Counted from the first letter of the stretch, positions 31,830 to 41,285 are shown. The stretch is 64,000 bases of DNA from Nannocystales bacterium (GCA_050633305.1 JBOEGF010000018.1:384001-448000), one strand, 5' to 3'. The notes: generated by a model from the letters alone, not told the origin. Numbers and translations: made by a program.

Positions 31830-32723
31830 ATGTGGGGTCGATGCATTCGGTGGGGGTTGGTGTCGCTGCTGGGATGCGGCTGCTCCGCGGGTGCGATTGA
31901 CCAGGGCGCAACGTTCGGGACGCCGAACACGGTCCCAGAAGATGACGGGCCGGGCTCGACCGGCGGGACGGTGTTGACCACGGGGGTCACCGAGAACCCT
32001 CCGGACCCGAGCGCTTCTACGGATCCCACGGACGGGGAGACCTCGGGGGCCGACCCGGGAACGAGCGACACCGACTCGGACACCGAGACGACCGCTGGCT
32101 CATCGAGCGAGACTTCGGCAGGGGTGTCCGATGACAGCACCGGGGCGCTCGCCGAGTGCGGCAATGGGGTGATTGAGGACGATGAGGCCTGCGATGGCGA
32201 CGAACTCGACGATATGACGTGTGCAGACATCGGCACGTTCGTGGGCGGAGTGCTTGCCTGCGATGTCGCTTGTGCCTTCGACACGGCGGGATGCATGGAG
32301 CCGCCCAAGGCGCCGGTCGAAGTCTGCGAGACGATCAACTTGGCCATTCCCGACGCTGCGGGTACGGTGAGCTCCACCGTGACCCTTCCCGACGGGGGCA
32401 CCGTGGCCGACGCTGTCGTTCGTGTCGCGTTGACCCATACCTACATCGGTGACCTGACGGTCGACGTCGCGCATGGAGGCACCACGGTCCGCGTCTTCGA
32501 CCGCGAGTGCGGGACCGAGGAGGACATCGACCTGTCCTTTGACGATGCAGGCGCCGCCCTGAACTGCGCAGCATCGACCTCGGGCACGGCGACGCTTCCC
32601 GCCGAGGCGCTGTCGAGCTTCGACGGCGCGGCCGCAGGCGGGGGGTGGACGTTCTCGTTTCAAGACAACGCCGCCGCTGACACAGGCGCGGTCACTGAGA
32701 TCTGCGTGAGCGTGTCCTTTTAG
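31830..32723 (+). CDS. Lipoprotein with Cys-rich repeat and proprotein-convertase P-domain
   Basis: Ser/Thr linker, CGNGVIE..EACDG, 'HTYIGDL', 'LSSFDG..A.G.W...D.A..DTG'. Confidence 0.85.
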   Translation: MWGRCIRWGLVSLLGCGCSAGAIDQGATFGTPNTVPEDDGPGSTGGTVLTTGVTENPPDPSASTDPTDGETSGADPGTSDTDSDTETTAGSSSETSAGVSDDSTGALAECGNGVIEDDEACDGDELDDMTCADIGTFVGGVLACDVACAFDTAGCMEPPKAPVEVCETINLAIPDAAGTVSSTVTLPDGGTVADAVVRVALTHTYIGDLTVDVAHGGTTVRVFDRECGTEEDIDLSFDDAGAALNCAASTSGTATLPAEALSSFDGAAAGGGWTFSFQDNAAADTGAVTEICVSVSF

Positions 32724-32865
32724 GCCAACGCCGGCCACGCGAAGTCGGGAACCCGAGCGTACGCGAGGACTTCGCGCACGCAGGTGGCGACAATCGGGCA
32801 GTGTCTGCTCCGCGCAGCAATCCCAAGGAGAGCGACTGCCCCTCAGCCCGCGCTTCCCACCACGT

Positions 32866-33669
32866 CTATCGCTGAGCCAACGATGGCAGCGCGGGGGAGT
32901 CCTTGGGCTCGGATGCCGTGGGCTTTGGCTCGGGGCTTGGTGCCAAGCGGGGAAGGTGCCCGCGGTGGTCGTTCGCTTCGTCGAGCCATGGCCGCCATGC
33001 CTTGGGCGGGGTCATCGCGACGAAGCTGACTTCCCCTCGGCAGTCGGAACCCGCGTCGATGCAGTGCTCTCGCTGGACGGCGAGGGTGACGACGCCGGCC
33101 TCCCAGCTGTCGATCCAGAACGCGTCGGCCTGGATCCCCACCTGGGCGTCGGAAAAGCACTCCGTGTCCACGAGCATCCGGGACAACTCGAGGATGCCTC
33201 CGTCCCAGGCGCCGACGGCTTCGGCCGAGGGACAGTGCGGGTGTTCGGGCCAGGGGGTCTGTTGGGGTGCGCAGGTGCCTTCCATCGAACACCGGGGTTG
33301 GGAGACGAGCTGGGCCAGCACCTTGCCAGATTGCTTGGAGCCATCGAGCCAAGTCACGAGGTCGAAGGATGCCTCGTCCTCGATGCGGGTGATGATCTGC
33401 GCGGTGTGATGCTCTCCGTCGGCATTCGCGTCTCGGAACGCGATGGTGCTGAAGAAGGGACCGACGATGCTGCGCAACCATGTGTCCGGCTGAGACTCGA
33501 GTGCGAGCTCCCACGGACGCGCCTCATCAGAGCTGACCCGCACGGATTGTTCGACCCCGAAGGCGCTCCAGGCGATCGTACGAATCTGCACCGCACTGGG
33601 CGTCGGCGCCTCCGTCTGTGCGGCGGCTGAGGTGAGGGCCGTGGTACACGCGAGCAGCAGGGCGAGCAT
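32866..33669 (-). CDS. Hypothetical secreted Cys-containing protein
   Basis: Signal peptide MLALLLACTTALTSAAA; fills the gap between convergent/divergent neighbours. Confidence 0.55.
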   Translation of the reverse strand: MLALLLACTTALTSAAAQTEAPTPSAVQIRTIAWSAFGVEQSVRVSSDEARPWELALESQPDTWLRSIVGPFFSTIAFRDANADGEHHTAQIITRIEDEASFDLVTWLDGSKQSGKVLAQLVSQPRCSMEGTCAPQQTPWPEHPHCPSAEAVGAWDGGILELSRMLVDTECFSDAQVGIQADAFWIDSWEAGVVTLAVQREHCIDAGSDCRGEVSFVAMTPPKAWRPWLDEANDHRGHLPRLAPSPEPKPTASEPKDSPALPSLAQR

Positions 33670-33710
33670 CGTCTTCCAGTCCTACGCCCAACCTCGCCGG
33701 GGGACCAAAT

Positions 33711-34148
33711 ATGTCGCAGCTTCGCCCACCTGAACACGCGTCTGCTGGAGCCCGAGAACTCGAGCACACTGCCGACCTTGCGCTGGAGCTCTGGGGCCCG
33801 AACGAACCCGCGATGTTGCAGGCGGGTGCGTGCGCGGTGGTCGAGTTGCTCACCGACGGTGAGACGGTCCGGCCCAAGGACACCCGCGCGGTGGAGCTCG
33901 AAGCGATGGATGCTGAGGACCGGCTGGTGCGATGGCTCAGCGAGGTTCTGTACTGGGCCTGCGTGGAGGGCTTCTTGGTCGCCAGGGCTGAGCTTCAGGT
34001 CACGTCCCAGGGGCTCGTCGGACGCGTTTTCGGACAGGAGGGCGGGGCCGACCTGCTGAAGACCGAGATCAAGGCCGTGACGTATCACGACCTGCGCGTG
34101 GTCACCGACGTGGACCGAGTCGTCGCGCGGGTTGTGTTGGACGTGTAA
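33711..34148 (+). CDS. Archease (RtcB cofactor)
   Basis: 'LEHTADLAL' N-terminal motif; C-terminal 'EIKAVTYH...VVLDV'. Confidence 0.93.
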   Translation: MSQLRPPEHASAGARELEHTADLALELWGPNEPAMLQAGACAVVELLTDGETVRPKDTRAVELEAMDAEDRLVRWLSEVLYWACVEGFLVARAELQVTSQGLVGRVFGQEGGADLLKTEIKAVTYHDLRVVTDVDRVVARVVLDV

Positions 34149-34215
34149 CGGGCCATCCTCCCAGGAAATTTTTCATCTCGGTTTTTGAATTCGGCGACCG
34201 TGCGGCCACTGAGAT

Positions 34216-34806
34216 GTGACCGTGACGATGACGTTGGCCATTGCGCACACCGACCAGCCGCCTCCCTTACAGGAGACGTCGCTGGAACGCGCTCGAAGCG
34301 GAGATGCTACCGCCAGAGCTGAACTCTACCGGGAGCACGCCGCGACCGTGACCCGGAGGCTCGCGCACGCATGTGGCGATGACGAGCTGGCTCGGGACAT
34401 CGCCCAGGATGCGTTCATCACGGCGTTTGCTCGTCTCGACCGTTTCGGCGAGCGAGCTTCGTTCTCGACCTGGCTGCACGGCATCGCGTTCAACCACCTT
34501 CGCGACCGGCGGAAACGAAATGCGCGGGAGCGGGCCGGCAAGGCGCAGCTCGCCTTGGCCGAAGGGGGGGCAACGGCCTCGCCAGAGCAACACGCTTCCT
34601 CCCGCCAAGTGGTCGCCAAGCTCGATGCGGTGTTGGCCACGCTGGCGCCGAAGCTGCGCGACGCGTTCGTGTTGCGGGTGGTCGAACAACTCTCGCTCGA
34701 GGAGTCCGCCGAGATTCTTGGGGCACGAATCGCGACGGTCTCGTACCGCGCACGAAAGGCCGAGGCGTTGGTGCGCGCGGCGTTTGAAGATGGAGGTGAA
34801 GGATGA
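34216..34806 (+). CDS. ECF RNA polymerase sigma factor
   Basis: 'DIAQDAFITAF..L.RF...SFSTWLHGIAFN'; region 4 'LRDAFVLR..EQLSLEE.AEILG'. Confidence 0.9.
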   Translation: MTVTMTLAIAHTDQPPPLQETSLERARSGDATARAELYREHAATVTRRLAHACGDDELARDIAQDAFITAFARLDRFGERASFSTWLHGIAFNHLRDRRKRNARERAGKAQLALAEGGATASPEQHASSRQVVAKLDAVLATLAPKLRDAFVLRVVEQLSLEESAEILGARIATVSYRARKAEALVRAAFEDGGEG

Positions 34807-36488
34807 GCTACGAAGACGCAGTTGAAGCCATGAGAAATCGTTCTGTCGAGCCTGCGCCGTTCGAGCGGTTGGCGGAGAAGCCAGAGTTCGTTCCCCCGCC
34901 CGTGGCGGGACGGTTTTCCATCGCCGCGATCGCGACGGCCGTCGGATCGTTCGGGTTCTTCCTTCTGTTCGTACGGCCTCTCTTCGAGGCCGGGGCGCTG
35001 TACAGCGAGGGCGTCCTGCGGTTGCAACTTGCGGCGCTCCTCCCCGCGTTTGTGTTGGGTTGGTCGTTTCCGCGGGTCTCGACCCCGCGGCTTGGCGCGC
35101 AGCTCCTGTGCCGCGCGGTGTGGTGGTCCAGCCTGGTCGTCGGACTCCTCGTCTCGATGAACTACGGGGATGTTGCCGACAAGGCGCTCGGTGCTCTGAT
35201 CGCGGTGGCCTGTGCGACCGCGTTGCGCTCGGCCGGAGAGCGTGGGCTCGACCTCCAAGAGCCGGATCACCCCTTCGCACCGGTCCGCTTCCGTGGGCAC
35301 CTGCTGCTCGCCCTCGTGATGGCGGCGGCCGATGCCCTCACGCTCGCATTCTCGGGTCTCATGCAGCTGCGCTTCGGCATGGAAGGCTGGAACCTGTCGA
35401 GCGCGTTTAGCTACGCCGGACCGACGATTTTCGCGGCTGCAGTGATGGCGATCGCGGTGTGGGGCGTCTACCGCCTGCGAACCTGGGCGCTGTTCCTCAA
35501 CCTCTTCGCGAACATCGCAATCGCCTACTTCGCGGTCGAGGGCTCGTTGGGGCTCTCGCCCACGGTCAGCATCTCGTTGGCCTCGACGGCGGCCATCCAG
35601 TGCTTCATCCCGGTGCCGATCCTTGCGGTCGCACTCGGAGACCGCAACGCTGGCCAACCTCTGCTGGCCCGAGTCCGGCACCGTGCGATGAACTACACGG
35701 TCCTCGCGCTTGCCACGCTCAGCGTCGGGGTGGTGGCGCTCCCAGGGAGCGACGGATGGGTGGATGGACCCGGCCGTGCGTTTGTGCGGGGAACGAGCCC
35801 GAGGTCTTGGGTGCAGCCAGGGGCGTTCAGCCTTCGGTTGATGGCGATGGACGGCGAACTCCAAGGCGCTCGACTCGACGGGAGGATGTTGTTCGGAGAA
35901 GATTTTTCGGGGTTCGATATGCAGGAGGCGTCGCTTCGCTCCGTCCATCTGAGGGACGTCACGCTTGCGAATGCAGACCTTCGGGGAGCCGACTTCACGC
36001 GAGCGGTGTTCGAATACACGACCTCCGACATCAAGTTTCGACTCGAAGGTGCTCTCGTTGAACGAGCGGACTTCACCGGATCTTTCGTCAGCGAGACCGT
36101 TTGGGCGGTGCTCGCACAACGAGGCTTGGAAGGCGTCCGTTGCCCTGACGGCACGATGGCGACACCTGGCGGAGGTTGTGATGGACACCTCGGGCACATC
36201 CCCCGCGGGTATCGGCGAGTGTTCACCTTCGCGACGACGAGCACCGATGGGAGCGTGGCCTGCGGTCGTGAAGGCGACCTCACCGTGATGCTCTCGGAAG
36301 GGGAGGCGCTCCTGCATCGCAACACGCGCTACGTGCAGCTTGCCGAGGGTGACTTTGTGTCGCCGCTGAGTCGGATTCACCCGCTGGAGGATGGGCGCTG
36401 GGAAATCTCGTCGGAGTTGTGCGGGGACAACATCTTGTTGCCCATCGACGAGACGGAAGAGACGGCCGCGGCCTCCCTGGCTCAGTGA
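34803..36488 (+). CDS. Polytopic membrane protein with C-terminal pentapeptide repeats (candidate anti-sigma)
   Basis: About 8-9 hydrophobic helices, then 'LQGARLDG...LANADLRGADFTRA...ERADFTGS', capped by CPDG..C; ATGA overlap with the sigma gene. Confidence 0.75.
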   Translation: MSYEDAVEAMRNRSVEPAPFERLAEKPEFVPPPVAGRFSIAAIATAVGSFGFFLLFVRPLFEAGALYSEGVLRLQLAALLPAFVLGWSFPRVSTPRLGAQLLCRAVWWSSLVVGLLVSMNYGDVADKALGALIAVACATALRSAGERGLDLQEPDHPFAPVRFRGHLLLALVMAAADALTLAFSGLMQLRFGMEGWNLSSAFSYAGPTIFAAAVMAIAVWGVYRLRTWALFLNLFANIAIAYFAVEGSLGLSPTVSISLASTAAIQCFIPVPILAVALGDRNAGQPLLARVRHRAMNYTVLALATLSVGVVALPGSDGWVDGPGRAFVRGTSPRSWVQPGAFSLRLMAMDGELQGARLDGRMLFGEDFSGFDMQEASLRSVHLRDVTLANADLRGADFTRAVFEYTTSDIKFRLEGALVERADFTGSFVSETVWAVLAQRGLEGVRCPDGTMATPGGGCDGHLGHIPRGYRRVFTFATTSTDGSVACGREGDLTVMLSEGEALLHRNTRYVQLAEGDFVSPLSRIHPLEDGRWEISSELCGDNILLPIDETEETAAASLAQ

Positions 36489-37033
36489 CCCCGGCGGGTG
36501 ATCTCGTCCTTGCGGCCGACCGCCGCATCCGCCTCACGGGCTTGGCTCGTGGGGCTTTCGTCCGCGAGCAGTGCGGCAGAGAACCAGCCGGTCGTACTCG
36601 TCCCCTCGGGGTCGCGCGGCTTCGCGGGCCGGGTGTCTCCTTGGTCGTCGACCTCGGGCTGGTTGTTGCGCACGTCGTCGATGTGGCTGAACGCGAATTG
36701 AAAGCCGCCGTCGATCGACTCGATCACACTCTGGGTCATGTCGAGGAACTTCGGTGGAGGCATCTCGTCGAGTCCGGACTCCACCTGCTGCATCGCTTGG
36801 TCCAGAATTGCGTAGCGTCGTAAGATACTTCGCTTCAGCGGCGCATCCTCGGTGCCTTCGAACACCAGACTCAACGCCCGCTGCGCCCGGCGATGGCCGA
36901 CCGCGATGGCGACCACCAGGTCGTGGAGCACGTTTCGAGATGGCTGCCCCAACGCCGCGCTCAGACGCGCCGAGAGGAAGGACGCCACGGACGCTCGGTC
37001 TTCGATCAGAACTTCTGCGGGGGCCAGGGCCAC
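36482..37033 (-). CDS. Hypothetical helical protein
   Basis: Amphipathic helical composition; divergent from rtcB. Confidence 0.55.
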   Translation of the reverse strand: MALAPAEVLIEDRASVASFLSARLSAALGQPSRNVLHDLVVAIAVGHRRAQRALSLVFEGTEDAPLKRSILRRYAILDQAMQQVESGLDEMPPPKFLDMTQSVIESIDGGFQFAFSHIDDVRNNQPEVDDQGDTRPAKPRDPEGTSTTGWFSAALLADESPTSQAREADAAVGRKDEITRRGH

Positions 37034-37055
37034 GGGAGCAGCTACAAGGTAGCAA

Positions 37056-37096
37056 GAGATTCTAGAGCGCCGACCGGTCAGTCGGTGCTAGGTCTC
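37056..37096. promoter_or_regulatory. Imperfect palindrome just upstream of rtcB
   Basis: GAGAT-T-CTAG-A-GCGCCGAC-cggtca-GTCGGTGC-TAG-GTCTC, ending about 10 nt before the ATG. Confidence 0.5.
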
Positions 37097-37106
37097 GCCT
37101 GTTGCG

Positions 37107-38546
37107 ATGACGGCCTACTTCGAACAAGTCGACGACTACCGGTGGCGGATTCCACAGCACCGAGGGATGCGTGTGCCAGGCTTGGTCTTTTCCAGCCAGG
37201 AGATGCTGTCGAGCATCGAAGGCGACCGCAGCCCCGACCAGGTCGTGAACGTGGCACACCTACCTGGCATCGTCGGCCACAGTCTCGCGATGCCCGACAT
37301 GCACTGGGGTTATGGGTTCCCGATCGGCGGGGTGGCAGCGTTTGACCCTGACGAGGGCGTTCTGTCACCGGGCGGTGTGGGGTACGACATCAACTGTGGC
37401 GTGCGGTTGATGCGCAGTAACATCCCTCGAGACGCGATCACGGGCGTGCTGCCTGAGCTTGCTACGGCGCTTTACCGGGAAGTTCCATGCGGGGTCGGGA
37501 CCAAGAGCGAACTTCGGTTGAGCAAGCCGGAACTCGAGGCGGTGCTGCGTGAGGGCGCAGGATGGGCCGTAGAGCGCGGCTACGGGACGCGCGACGATCT
37601 TGCCGTCCTCGAGGAGGGAGGCGTGATGCCGGGCGCCGATCCCGACAAGGTCTCGCAGCGGGCCAAGGATCGAGGGCGACCACAGCTCGGCTCCTTGGGT
37701 TCGGGCAACCACTTCTGCGAGCTCGGATATGTCGCGGAGATCTTCGACCCCGCGAAGGCGCAGGCGTTCGGCCTCGAACTCGGCAAGGTCACGGTCATGA
37801 TCCATTCCGGTTCGCGGGGGCTCGGCCACCAAATCTGCGACAGCTCGTTGCATCGCATGGTCCGGGCCTCGGCGAAGTACGGCATCGAGCTTCCTGACCG
37901 CCAGCTTTGCGCTGCCCCGCTCTCCAGTCCAGAGGCGCAGGACTACTTTGGTGCGATGGGATCGGCGATCAACTTCGCGTTCGCCAATCGTCAGGTCATG
38001 GCGCAGCAGGCTCGCAAGGCCATCGCCGGGCAGCTTGGCGACACACCGCAAGGGTTGGGCCTGTCGACCGTCTACGACGTCTGCCACAACATCGCCAAGT
38101 GGGAGACCCACGAGGTCGACGGAGTACAGCGGCGGTTGTGCGTGCACCGCAAGGGCGCGACCCGGGCGTTCGGCCCCGGCCACGAAGCCGTTCCCCAGCG
38201 GTATCGCGCAGCGGGTCAACCGGTCATCGTGCCCGGTGACATGGGTCGCTACAGCTACGTGTTGGCGGGAACCGAGCGCGCCATGAAAGAGACGTTCGGC
38301 AGCAGCTGCCATGGCGCCGGCCGTCGATTGTCTCGGGTCAAGGCCAAGCGCGCCGCGCAGGGTCGCCAGCTGTTTCGCGAGCTCGAGGACAAGGGGGTCT
38401 TCGTCCGGGCGGACTCTCGGCGGACGATGGCCGAGGAGATGCCCGAGGCGTACAAAGACGTGGCCGACGTTGTCGACGTGATGCACGAAGCAGGGATCGC
38501 GACCAAGGTCGCCAAGCTCATCCCGCTTGCGGTCGTCAAAGGTTGA
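37107..38546 (+). CDS. rtcB: RtcB RNA 2',3'-cyclic phosphate/5'-OH ligase (archaeal/eukaryote-like long form)
   Basis: 'MPDMHWGYGFPIGG', 'VGYDINCG', 'GSGNHF', 'HSGSRG.GH', 'DVCHN', 'HRKGAT', 'HGAGR', 'EEMPEAYK', ends VVKG. Confidence 0.97.
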   Translation: MTAYFEQVDDYRWRIPQHRGMRVPGLVFSSQEMLSSIEGDRSPDQVVNVAHLPGIVGHSLAMPDMHWGYGFPIGGVAAFDPDEGVLSPGGVGYDINCGVRLMRSNIPRDAITGVLPELATALYREVPCGVGTKSELRLSKPELEAVLREGAGWAVERGYGTRDDLAVLEEGGVMPGADPDKVSQRAKDRGRPQLGSLGSGNHFCELGYVAEIFDPAKAQAFGLELGKVTVMIHSGSRGLGHQICDSSLHRMVRASAKYGIELPDRQLCAAPLSSPEAQDYFGAMGSAINFAFANRQVMAQQARKAIAGQLGDTPQGLGLSTVYDVCHNIAKWETHEVDGVQRRLCVHRKGATRAFGPGHEAVPQRYRAAGQPVIVPGDMGRYSYVLAGTERAMKETFGSSCHGAGRRLSRVKAKRAAQGRQLFRELEDKGVFVRADSRRTMAEEMPEAYKDVADVVDVMHEAGIATKVAKLIPLAVVKG

Positions 38547-38561
38547 ACGCGGCGACGCGCC

Positions 38562-39359
38562 TCAGCCCAAGCGGCCTGCCCAGCGCTGCGCGGCTTCGCG
38601 GGCTTTGGGTTGGCCGGTCTTCGAGAGCCGCAGCAAGCGTTGTGGTCCGAGAAGCGCCGGGCCTTCGTGGTCCAGGCGCGGAGCGAGTGCGCGGTCGAGC
38701 TCCGCATCGGACTCGAGCCATCCCGCGAGCGTGTCGGGCGGGAGCTGATAGAGCACGCGGGGGCACGCAAACCATCGCTCGCCCACGTTGCGGATCTCGG
38801 GGCGCTCGTGGTGCATCAGGAACGGAAGCAGCACCGCAATCTGCTCGGAGTCGGCCTTCTGCACCGTGGTCGCGTCGGGGTCTTGAAGCGCGCTGATGCT
38901 GATCCCCAGAACCGCGGCCAAGCCTTCGAGCACATCGTCAGGACTCAGGCCGAGTGTGCAGAGGGCGTCCCGCAAGGCATCGGTCGGGGTGCGCGAGCGA
39001 TCACCGGGCGTCTGCGGCTCGGCCAAACGACGATGCACCAAGTCGTACAGCCAATCCCAGCGTCCCCGTGTCCCCATCTCCGACCCCAAGATGGTGTACC
39101 CCATCGTCTGGAGAGTCCCCAAACGTTCGTCCAACAGGCGCTGTGCCTCTGGCTCTCGAAGCCACCGCCAGCTCAGCCCGCGGCCCGCGGACAACAGCTC
39201 CGGCGCCTCGCGCTCGTCTGCTTGACGGGCCCGCGCCTCTCGAACGTTGAACAGACCGCCGACCAGTCCGACGCGCTCCATCAAGGACAAACGCACGTAG
39301 TGTCCCTCCCGCTCGGATGGGTACAGCGTGAAGCCGCGTCGCTCGATCCAGCGGGGCAT
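38562..39359 (-). CDS. Hypothetical protein with degenerate WGR-like N-domain and HEAT-like helical C-domain
   Basis: 'EAQRLLDERLGTLQTMGY' resembles the WGR terminal helix; 'LLPFLMHHERPEIRNVG' HEAT-like; ATG at 39359 chosen. Confidence 0.55.
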   Translation of the reverse strand: MPRWIERRGFTLYPSEREGHYVRLSLMERVGLVGGLFNVREARARQADEREAPELLSAGRGLSWRWLREPEAQRLLDERLGTLQTMGYTILGSEMGTRGRWDWLYDLVHRRLAEPQTPGDRSRTPTDALRDALCTLGLSPDDVLEGLAAVLGISISALQDPDATTVQKADSEQIAVLLPFLMHHERPEIRNVGERWFACPRVLYQLPPDTLAGWLESDAELDRALAPRLDHEGPALLGPQRLLRLSKTGQPKAREAAQRWAGRLG

Positions 39360-39436
39360 TGCACCCGCTTCCTGCCAGAATCTGGGGCGTCGGCCAAGGT
39401 GTAAGGAGCGCTTTGTGGCCGGCGTTCCGGGCTGTG

Positions 39437-40288
39437 ATGGTCCACCGAAGAGCCGTATTGGTCGCCTTGGCTGCACTTCTCGGCGCCTGTGCCCCGATCT
39501 CTCGCGATTTTGCGCCTGCCTACGATGCCCCGGGCCGGACCGTCGCGACGAGCCCGGTGTCACTTTCCGTGGACTCCGTGGGAGGCGCGCCGCTGCCAAC
39601 CTACGCGCTGGGGGACGCGGTGTTCGTCGAGGGGCGCGAAGGCGAGGGCTACACGGTCCGGCTGACCAACCACACGCCGAATCGGTACGAGGCGGTGGTC
39701 ACGGTGGATGGTCGAGATGTTGTCAGCGGGGAGCTCGGTCGGCCGGCGAAGCAACGGGGCTATGTGCTCGAGCCCTACGAGACGCTGGTGATCGATGGCT
39801 ACCGCCGATCTCTCGACGAAGTTGCCGCGTTCTACTTCGCATCGAGGTACGACAGCTACACCGCGCGACGCGGCACGGCGGAGCACGCCGGGGTGATCGG
39901 CGTGGCGCTGTTCGAAGAAAAGCGGACGCGTTCCAAGCCGCAGCCGCTGACACGAAAGTTGTACGGAGCAGCACCCGAGCCCTTTCCCGCCGCCCCGTCT
40001 TCCCGAGAAGCCGCCGACGGGGCACTCGCCGATAGCGAAGAGCATCTGGGGACCGGGTACGGAGCGTCGGAGTACAGCCCGGTCCACGAGACCGACTTCA
40101 AGCGACGACGAAAGGCCCGACCGGACGCTGTGTTGACCGTGTACTACGACAGCGAGGAGGGGTTGCAGGCGCGTGGTTTGCTTCCGCGGCGTGTCGATGT
40201 GGGCGCGCCCGACGACGAGCCCGACTACGGGCGGCGTGACGCGGTCGATCCTCGGTTCGCCCCGCCCCCGTGGCAGCGCGATCGGTAG
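39437..40288 (+). CDS. Conserved hypothetical lipoprotein
   Basis: LGAC lipobox; 'YTVRLTN...EAVVTVDGRDVV.G...GYVL', 'GVIGVALFEE', 'LGTGYG'. Confidence 0.75.
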   Translation: MVHRRAVLVALAALLGACAPISRDFAPAYDAPGRTVATSPVSLSVDSVGGAPLPTYALGDAVFVEGREGEGYTVRLTNHTPNRYEAVVTVDGRDVVSGELGRPAKQRGYVLEPYETLVIDGYRRSLDEVAAFYFASRYDSYTARRGTAEHAGVIGVALFEEKRTRSKPQPLTRKLYGAAPEPFPAAPSSREAADGALADSEEHLGTGYGASEYSPVHETDFKRRRKARPDAVLTVYYDSEEGLQARGLLPRRVDVGAPDDEPDYGRRDAVDPRFAPPPWQRDR

Positions 40289-40298
40289 CCGCTCGTGG

Positions 40299-40898
40299 TC
40301 AATGGCCCAGTGCGTCCGCCACCTTCGACTGCAGCAGCGGGACGAGCTCAGCCTCGAAGAACGGGTTCCGGCGAAGCCAGATCCCGTTGCGTGGGGAGGG
40401 GTGGGGCAGCACGAAGTACCCGTGAGCCGTGTAGTCCTGCCACGCCTCCACGGTCTTGGTGAGGGTGGCCTTGGCCGACTCCTTGAGGAACCACCGCTGC
40501 GCGTACATGCCGATCAGCAGTGTGAGCTGCAGTTTCGGCATCTGGTCGACCAAGGGCTGCATCCACTTCGGAGCACACTCGGGTCGGGGCGGAAGGTCGC
40601 CCGACTTGCCGGTCCCCGGAAAACAGAAGCCCATCGGGAGGATGGCGACCTGCGTCTCGTCATAGAACGTCTCGTCGTCGAGGCCGAGCCAGCTCCGAAG
40701 GCGTTTTCCGCTCGCGTCCGCCCACGGCACCCCGGACGCATGCACCTTGGCGCCCGGTGCCTGGCCAACCAACAACAGCTTGGCCTCGGGGTGGGCGGAG
40801 AACACAGGCCGTGGTTCATGCCCCAGCGACGGCGCACAGATCTGGCATGCCTTGGCCTGCCGCACCAGCGTACGGAGGCGGGTCGCTCGAGGGGCCAC
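40299..40898 (-). CDS. Uracil-DNA glycosylase superfamily protein
   Basis: 'GQAPG..VH.SG.PW.DASG.RLR.W', 'PMGFCFPG', 'LPHPSPRN'. Confidence 0.92.
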   Translation of the reverse strand: MAPRATRLRTLVRQAKACQICAPSLGHEPRPVFSAHPEAKLLLVGQAPGAKVHASGVPWADASGKRLRSWLGLDDETFYDETQVAILPMGFCFPGTGKSGDLPPRPECAPKWMQPLVDQMPKLQLTLLIGMYAQRWFLKESAKATLTKTVEAWQDYTAHGYFVLPHPSPRNGIWLRRNPFFEAELVPLLQSKVADALGH

Positions 40899-40985
40899 CG
40901 CACAACTATCCCAGGCGCGGGCGGTGAGCGTACAGTCGCCCGCGGGGTGCTGACCTGGAGGACGCGCCCTGCCGGGGGCGGCGCT

Positions 40986-41285
40986 TCAGCAGCTCTCGAC
41001 TTCGGACAGCGTCCCGGCAGCCATGACGCACTTGGCGTACTCGGCGTACTTGACGCGTCCGCGGAGCTTCATCTTGTCGAGCTTGTGCGTCACGCACCGC
41101 TCCTGGAGGCCGGTCATCAAGGCGGCCTCGCTCTGTGGGTTCATCGCCGCGGCCTGTGCCTCGCGCACGGTGACCTCGACGATGTGCTCGCAGATCGTCT
41201 CGGGGCCAGGGGCGCGAACGAAGATCGCCCACAAGACCACGAGGGTCGCGACGAACAGGAAGACCGCTTGTCCGACGCGTTTCAT
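40986..41285 (-). CDS. Small membrane-anchored four-Cys protein
   Basis: N-terminal TM; C..H, RC, KCV...ESC; ATGA overlap with the upstream gene. Confidence 0.65.
   Translation of the reverse strand: MKRVGQAVFLFVATLVVLWAIFVRAPGPETICEHIVEVTVREAQAAAMNPQSEAALMTGLQERCVTHKLDKMKLRGRVKYAEYAKCVMAAGTLSEVESC

Noticed and set aside
33600..38600. tRNA or Y-RNA genes and rtcA/rtcR/Ro60 near rtcB
   Set aside because: No cloverleaf or T-loop motif and no such ORFs seen; intergenic gaps are very short
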